Shown one piece after another: positions 56,879-64,000 of a stretch of DNA of 64,000 nucleotides. This DNA comes from Raillietiella orientalis (taxonomy: Eukaryota). The translations under genes were made by a program, and so were the position numbers. Numbering within the stretch: the first letter of the stretch is position 1; the number at the start of each line of letters is the position of its first letter. Where the stretch lies: assembly GCA_036172245.1 (NCBI GenBank), contig JAYWIR010000050.1, positions 930,001-994,000 of the forward strand, given 5' to 3'. The notes beneath the pieces were generated by a model that saw only the letters and a list, made by a program, of their open reading frames with translations, had not been told where the DNA came from and did not search any database.

Positions 56879-59769
56879 TAGGACTGGAATTCCCGCGTCT
56901 GCATCCGTGCGCGGAGGTGGCGCAGAGGTTCCCTGAGGAAGCTCCCCGCTCCCCCGTATCTCCGTCGTGCCCCTCCTCCCCGTCCGCGCATCGCGCGCGC
57001 GCACGTAGGGTGTGTTGGCGGTTTGGCCGTCGTCGCTCGGCGTCACGCGCGTGGGCGGGGGAGAGGAGGCTGCGGCAATCCAAACGCGCTCAATATGCTC
57101 TCGACGCCTTGCGACCAAACAACGCTCGAGGACATTTCGTGGCGTTGCTGCTGCTGCTGCTACCGCCGCCGCCAACGCCCGCGCCCTGGGACGAAACGTG
57201 GGAGAGCCTCTGCTGTTAGCGGAGGAAAGAGGAAGGCGGGAAGGAACGACGCTTCCTTCCCCCCCCCCCCCACTCTCGACCCGGGAAGGCGCAGCAGTAG
57301 GGCGTCCTGGACATGTAGCTGTTACCGCGCCGGCATGTGGAAAGGGTAGAGGAGATGGCGCCGCGTCTCGCTGCCGCCTTCCCGAGCGAAAAGCCTGCCC
57401 GGCAGTGCGGTTGGAGGGGCACTGACTTGGGGGTGAGCGACTGCGGTAGGAAGAGAGGCCTCCTGGTTGTCGGCGCTCCCCTCATCCCTACGCGGGCAGC
57501 AGCGGGGGGGGGGGGATACGGGGGGGAAATGCAGACGAAACCCGGCCAGCGAGCGCAGACGTTCCTCTTCTTTTTGAGCTGTTCCGTGGTTTTGGCAGCT
57601 CGCGGGGCAGGAGGGGTGGACGCCCTTTTCGGAGGAGGCCGAGACCCGAGTTCGACCACCGCCGCCGTTCCCCGGACCCTGGCGGCAATTTCGATCGAAG
57701 GGCATTGGGGCCTCCGGTTTGCGATGCAGATTTCGCTTCCTCCCTCCCCGTCGCCGCCCTCCCGAAATCACCCTCCCTCTCCCCGTCCTCTGCTACCCCG
57801 GGCAGCGTCTCCAACGGCCGCGCGAAAATCCTGATAGGCGCGCGCGCGCAGTTGCCTTCATTTCTTTTTCCTTCGGATGGCGGTTGCTCCCTACCCGATT
57901 TCACCTCCGCCCCCTGCCGGTCCGCAGTTGCGTCGATCTGATGCGCGCACGCGCAAAACAAAAGGGGGGGGGACAGGAAAAAATGGCTTTTTGCTTTTTG
58001 ATGGCACCGCTCGTGGCTCCATCAGTCGAACCAGCTGTGTTTTCGTCAGTGATGCCGTGAAAACTCAGGGCCAAATTGGCACGCAGGTGCGCGGGCGCGC
58101 TCTTGGGTGGGGAAGCTGGGGGGGAAGGGGAGAGAAGTCGGGCCTTGGCTCTGGCGCGATCGACTCTGCGAGCAGCCGGGCTTCCTGGATTTTCAGCCTC
58201 CGCCTTGCGGACATCCCGCGTATCGGGAAGGAAAGGACAGGGGGGGAGCAAGCTGGCCGCCGGTTCCCGCTGCGGGTCGTCCTGGCGGGCGCGGAGCGCA
58301 CGCTTTTCCCCGTCCCGGATCTGTGTGCGCCCGCCTGCGCGTGTCCCCCACGAGAGCGGCGGAGTCTCGCGGTCTCCTCCTCCCTCAAGGTGTCGTCGTC
58401 ATCGTGAGGAGGGGGAGGAGGGGCTTCTGCTGCGGCGGTTCGGACCGAACAATGGTCCCGCGCTCTCGGGATTCCCGGGCGTGGGGAGGAATATTTTGAT
58501 CGGAAAGAGGGGGTGGGGGGGCAGGAAGCGCGTCCTCCAGAGTTGCGGGAGAGAAACGCCTTCCGCGGCCGGCGGGTCGCCCGGGTCACGCGACACAATT
58601 TCTCCGGGTGGCCGAAGGAGCGGAGCGATGCGCCACACCTCTGGACGGTTTCGCGCCCCTTGAGGGGACCTTGGTGCCGCTTTGCTGCCCCAGGGAGGAG
58701 GTGATGTCCCGCGCGGGAGCTCATCCCCGGTTTCCGTAAAGAGAAGGAGGAGCCGGTTGTCCGTATCGGGAGGGTCGGGGCGCCTGTCCTGGGGCGGGTG
58801 CCGCCCACGTGATCCTCCTCCGACGCGCAACTCGGGAGGAGGAGCGCAAGGCGATCCCGAGCGCGTTGGAACAGGTTGCTTCTCATGCCCACCTCTAGAG
58901 AAGAGCCCGGACTGGCTAGAGCGGCCGTCGCGCGCGGACCTCCCCCCCCCCGACCACGCGGTGCGAGAGGCCGAAGGGCTGTCCGGGATGAGGAACGCTC
59001 CGACATTGGGGCAGAGGGAGAAGAACGACGAGTCATGGAGGTCGAGTGTCGTACTGACCGCTGCTGGGACGTTCTCCGGGAGCGCAAGGCCGGAACGAAA
59101 GCTGCCCCCGAGGAGCACACCCTAGTCGGGAGCGGGACACAACGGCCCTTCCGGAGAAGCTAGGCGGCGGCAATCGAGGGCTGCGTGACCTTGCTTTCCT
59201 CATTCTCGCATGCCTGTTCGGGGAGATGGAGCGAACTAATGAGGCAGGGAATTCCCGCCGTCTCCTCAGCTCAACTGCCTCCTCCTCAAGCTCGACGCCT
59301 CCGAATGAGTCTGCGCGATTCAGCACGAGCAGCGCGAGGGAGGCATCCCGGGAAGGTCGCTCCCTCCTCTGGCGTGGCGATCGGTCGCAGCGTGCCCTCG
59401 GGCGCAAAGGCTGCTCGCGGCTTTCGCCTCCCTCGCTCCACCGATCGGAACCCGTTCTTCTTCCATTCTTTCCCCCCCGGGTCTCCTGCAACGGGGAGAC
59501 CCCACTCAGGGATCGTGTGCGGAGGCGACGTGCAGGGTGGTCCAGCATCTCGGTCGTCCCTCGCTCGTTCTTCTTCCCCTCTCTGGCTTACTTCCCATGC
59601 CTCCGGGGCTGCTGCTCTCTCGAACGGGCGGGCGACACGTTGGCTCCGAGTGCCCACCCTTCACTCTGCGGCGACACTAGGTCTCAGGTCGGAAACTGCC
59701 CCGGGGTGTGCTAGGTGGCACCTCCCGGTGCCGGGCCGCCGAGGCTTTGAGTGGTGTTCGCGTCGGCGG

Positions 59770-60485
59770 TCGTGCGGCTGCAGTCTCCGCACGTGGCACC
59801 CAGGTGTCGCGGGTTCGGATCCCTCCCGAAGAAGGATCGAATGGCGTGGTTGGGGTGCGCCCATGAGTTCGAGTTTTCCCTCCAAGATGACGCTGGTTGC
59901 CTATTCGGCTGCAGTGGCACTGATGAAAGCCGGATGCCTCCATTGACCGGCCAGGCTCCTTCCAGAGCATAAAGGAGTGCCGGTTCCCTTCGGGGTTCCC
60001 TTCCGGTGGTGAAGATGGAGCCGTTACCATGGGGCTGGTTGATACCCCTTTCAGGAGGGCTGTCTCTCCAGAGTGTCAAGAATGCTGCTCCCTTCGGGGT
60101 TCTCTTCAGAGGGTCAAATAAGGAGCGGTTCCCTTCCGGGTTTCCCTCCAAAGAAGAAATGGGGAGTTGGCCCTTCCGGGTTTTCCTCTGGAGAGAATAA
60201 GGGGAGGTTTCCTTAAGGGGGGAACGGACTGCCTTCTCCGGAGCCTTCCCGGATGCATGGGGTGTGTGGTCCCTACGGGGTTGCCCCTTAACTTGAAGGG
60301 TCACACGCAGCCTCGAGTGGAGTGGACAGCATCAAAGAGCTTCGTACCCCACCGCACACCTTCCCGAAGAGATGAACGGTTCTTCAGCACTTGGCCAACT
60401 CCCCTCCCACCACCACCACCACCACCAAAGAAAAGAAAGGAAAAAAGAAAGGCTGGAAGGGAAGCAGGGAAACCCACAAGGATTC
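59770..60485 (+). mobile_element. tRNA-derived SINE-like family A, copy 4
   Basis: GCGGCTGCAG...GGGTTCGGATCCC head; cccttcgggg-type hairpin units; tail aaagaaaggctggaagggaagcagggaaacccacaaggatt. Confidence 0.7.
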
Positions 60486-62699
60486 CCGTCTTCTTCTCTG
60501 CCCATCCCTTCCTGGAAGCACGGTGAAGGACGCTGGAAGAATCTTCGCCGCCCTGAGGGTCTCCGGGTCGCGGGAGACCGCCGTGAAGGTTCACGGTTGA
60601 AGTTTCTGGGCTCAGCCTCGATGACGGCTGCAAGGCTCCTGCAGCTGGACGATCGCCGAGCTACTGTGGGCTTCGCGCGGGCAGCGGTGCGCAGCGCACG
60701 CGTTGCATAGCACGGGGGAGGGGGCCAACACACGCGCGCGCGCCCAGTGCAAGTCGGGTATGCTGGTTAACCGTTGGTGTGTGTGTGTATGTGTGTGTGT
60801 GTGTGTGTGTGTGTTCCGGGAAGACCTCAGGTGGCAACAAACCCGGGAGCAAACGCGGGAGTGACCTCTCCCTATTTGCACTTTGCCTTTCCGTGGTGCG
60901 CGCGGTTCCCCGGCAGCAGGCAAGTTGACGTCTTTATGTATACACATATACGTATATTACGCAATCCGTATGCATGTATGTAAAAAAAGTGCCTCCGCCG
61001 CAGTGCGGCGCAGCTGCAGACTCGATTTCTGGACGCGTTCCAAACGCTGCATCAAATTCCAAGTCTGGGATATACTATTTTTGCTAGATGTTGTCGCCAA
61101 CATCCCTCGCGGCGACCAACACAACTAAATCGTGAGTCGCGCGTGCGTACGCAGCTGCCGAGCATTTCTTGGTAGCAGCCGCAACAGCAGCAGCACCACC
61201 ACCACCCGCGTCCAAGACTCGTCCTTCCCTATCCGTCCAAAAAGAAAGTGAACAAATTTCCACAAAGAAAAGAAAATGAATCAAATTAGATAAACAGGCC
61301 CGGGGTTTCGTCCACTCCATGCACGCGTTCGAGAGAGCGGAAGCTTTGCACGCGGCTCGCCGCAGAAGCCGCGTGGAAGCGGCGTTTTGTTGTCTTCACC
61401 GCCCCCTCTTCCTCTTTCCTTTGAAACCTCCCTCGCTCTCCGGCCTCGTCAACTTCTCGTGATCCTCGCTCTTGGTGACGAGTTCACTTTCGCTCACGCG
61501 CCGTCTGAAGCGGGAGAGGGAAAGAGACTCCCAGGGTCACCACCAGTTCACGCTCCCCTTCCCTATTGCCTCTCCCAGTTTCTCGTTCGCGGAGGTCCCA
61601 GGGAAAGCGCTCAGCGCGTTCGCGGTCACCGTCAGGCCGCCGGAGGTGACTTCTCCGCCATCCCCTCCCTGGACCCAAGCAAGAAACGATCTTAGCGGAT
61701 CTGCAAGCTTCCTCTCTCTCAGCCGCACTTGCTCCACTACGGGACGGTGGTAGTGGTCAAGGGATGGAGGCCATTCCTTCACAGTGAGTCTTTGGTCCAC
61801 CGAGCCCACTGTTCGACCGACCTCTGCGATATCCACAAGAGTGGGTTGACTAAATGCTCGGTCCGGGAGGCTGCGTTCAGGCGGTCTGGGGACCTTTGTC
61901 GGAAAAGGGAGGGCCGGAGGAATGTGGAAAAATCCTCCTTGGGTTCGGGGCGACTTGGAAAGATCCAGGAAGCGCAGATTCAATGCTGGGGTGAGGAGGA
62001 ACGAAGGGGTCACGTGTCTCGCTGCAACCTCGATCACAGGGAGTCTCTTCTTAAAGAGAATGGACATGCAGAGCAGGAGGAAGGAAGCCTCTCCTTTGGG
62101 GGACTCTGAGGGTTCGAGGACAAGGGACGGACCTTCGGCTCGCAGGTCAGCTAAGGGCAGAAAGACGGCACGCGCGCGTCAAGAGGAGGGTAACAGTAGG
62201 TTAAAAAAATAAAAATAAAAGGAGGTTGAATGAAGGGATTTTAACCTCGCTGCGTTTGCCTTTGCGGCCGACCGTCATCTTCGCAGGTGGCGCCGCTCCG
62301 TCGTCACGGAGGAAAGGAGCAACGTTTCTCCGGCCTTGCGCCTTCGCTCGCGCGCACCTCCGAGTCCGTCGCCCCTCAGCGAAACTCCTCAGTAGCGCCT
62401 CCAGGGGAAGGGGGGGAGGGGAAGCAGGGACAGCCCCGGATACAGCGGAGGCCACCACGGCCCACGAAAACGCGAGACTCACGAAGAGAAGCGGCCACTC
62501 CGACGGAGCGACAGCGCGGCACAGTGGAGATACTCCGCGGCGGGGAGGAGGCACGCACCTTCCCACCCCCATTCCGGCGAGCTCAACGCCGGGACACTTC
62601 GCGAGCTCGCGGTAGCATCTGCGAGCGGACGTGACCGTCGTCCCGAGCAACGTGCTCCCGCGCCAACCAAGCACCGCTGATTTCTATCCATCGCTCTCC

Positions 62700-64000
62700 G
62701 CCGCGGAAAGACGGAGGGAGAGTGGTGAGCAGTGTCGCGGTCGCCGGGCCACTTTGCGGCGCGGTCGGGTCGGTGAACGCGTGGATCGAGATCATCGGGG
62801 GGAGGCTGCGTTTTATGGAAAGCGATGAGGAAGGTCGAATGCAGGGGATCCTGGACGCGGGCACACAGCAAAGTGGAACTCGCGCAAGCATCATCGTCAG
62901 GAGGTCTGCCGCTGCTCCAGAAGCTTGAAGGCGTCGAACCTGTTGGTATCCACGCAGCGAGAGGATCCTGAACTGCTTGCAATCATTCCCTTGGGTTCTT
63001 TCCCCCTGGGCACTACTCTTTCGCAAATAAGACCCCCAGGTTAGAGCTCGAGGTGCTGCGATTCCACTCGTTAAAGTGCGGGGATGACGTAGGGTGAGCG
63101 ACTAAAAACCTGCCTGGAGCGAGTCTCGCTGACGTCACGCCGCTTCCCGGTCGCTCGCCGTGTATTTTTAGACCGCATTGTTGGCGGCCGCCGTGCTGAT
63201 TGCGCACGCTGGCGCCATGGTGCACCGCGCCGCAGGGCTGAGAAGCCGCCGGTCCGCGAAGACCCCGCGGAAGCGAACACCGGGGGTCCTCGGGACGAAG
63301 GCGCAGGGGGGCTGTGCGGCACCTGTACGGATGGAGTCGTCCATATCGTTCGTTTCTCCTCCCAGAGTTCGGGTCACAAAAGGGGGGGAGGGGAAGAAAA
63401 GAAAAGTACCATTCGCTTGGAAAAAAGAGGACAACACGCTTTGTTGAGAGGGATGGGTACGCACACCTACGACCCCTAAAGACCCTCTCGAGAGGAGACA
63501 GCTCTGGTACATGTAAGAGGAGAAGGAGGAGGGTAGTGTGAAAGCGGTTGTCAGAAACTCCTGCGGAGCCTTAGAAAACCGCGTGGCTGCTGCAAGAACG
63601 CAAGACTGATGGTGTGATAATAGGGTGAAGAATGAGTCTGTCTTGTCCCCGAGTGACGGTTCTCGTTCCGTAGCTGCATCCAGGGAAGCTGCTCCCATTT
63701 CGTCATCCGCCTCGAAAGAACGAGCAGGGCAGGTGGTTTCCTCAGCATCGGACGAAATTTCGAGCCCAGGGCCCAGAGCTTTGTAAGCGCCTGTTCCATT
63801 ATGGAGGGGACTCCGACGGAAGTGTTACTGTTACGGATGTTTCTGAAAGTTCCACAAGCGCGGCGGGCAGCTCTTGGAAACTTAGGAATAGGCGGGTGCT
63901 ACCCCCGTGGGAAGGAAACTCTTAGCAAAGACAAGCAGCCAGGGCGAGGCCGTGCTCTCTTCAGGAACCATCTTCTTCCCCTTTTGGAACAAAAGCGGGA
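62700..64000 (-). mobile_element. Relic L1/Tx1-type reverse transcriptase region (pseudogenised)
   Basis: Minus-strand motif remnants in canonical order across frameshifts: ALTKLWALGSKF, GTRQTHSSP (G-RQG-PLSP), tatg-gac-gac (YADD with a deletion), CGLKIH (SGLKIN), NLGVLF (YLGV), RILSLRG (LSL-GR). Confidence 0.55.

Noticed and set aside
58025..58050. AACACAGCTGGT on the minus strand, resembling part of miR-317
   Set aside because: Only a partial match; the 5' end and 3' half differ and there is no convincing precursor hairpin.

Overview
Eukaryotic, GC- and CpG-rich genomic DNA, most likely arthropod (inferred from protein similarity only). Positions 2473-30692 (+) hold the 3' part of one spliced gene for a voltage-gated calcium channel alpha2-delta subunit (CACNA2D3/4-like, Drosophila straightjacket-like). 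I resolved 21 GT-AG exons with consistent phases: 2733 nt, 910 aa plus stop, running from the end of the VWA domain through the Cache domains to a C-terminal GPI-anchor-type signal. The 5' exons lie upstream of the window. The model includes a 33-nt frame-preserving microexon absent from the ORF track, several 51-61 nt introns, and two stop-free 3n introns. The long introns and the rest of the window are mostly decayed mobile DNA: L1/Tx1-type LINE fragments, two tRNA-derived SINE-like families, a long inverted-repeat element, a trinucleotide-tract element, weak piggyBac-like relics and microsatellites. The least familiar structure is a tRNA-headed SINE-like family with a variable internal array of ~40-nt double-hairpin (cUUCGg-type) units; two of its four copies are interrupted by L1/Tx1 sequence. 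Nearly all long ORFs in the supplied track are GC-content or low-complexity artefacts. I found no CRISPR array, rRNA or intact tRNA, and I do not claim a new multi-gene system.
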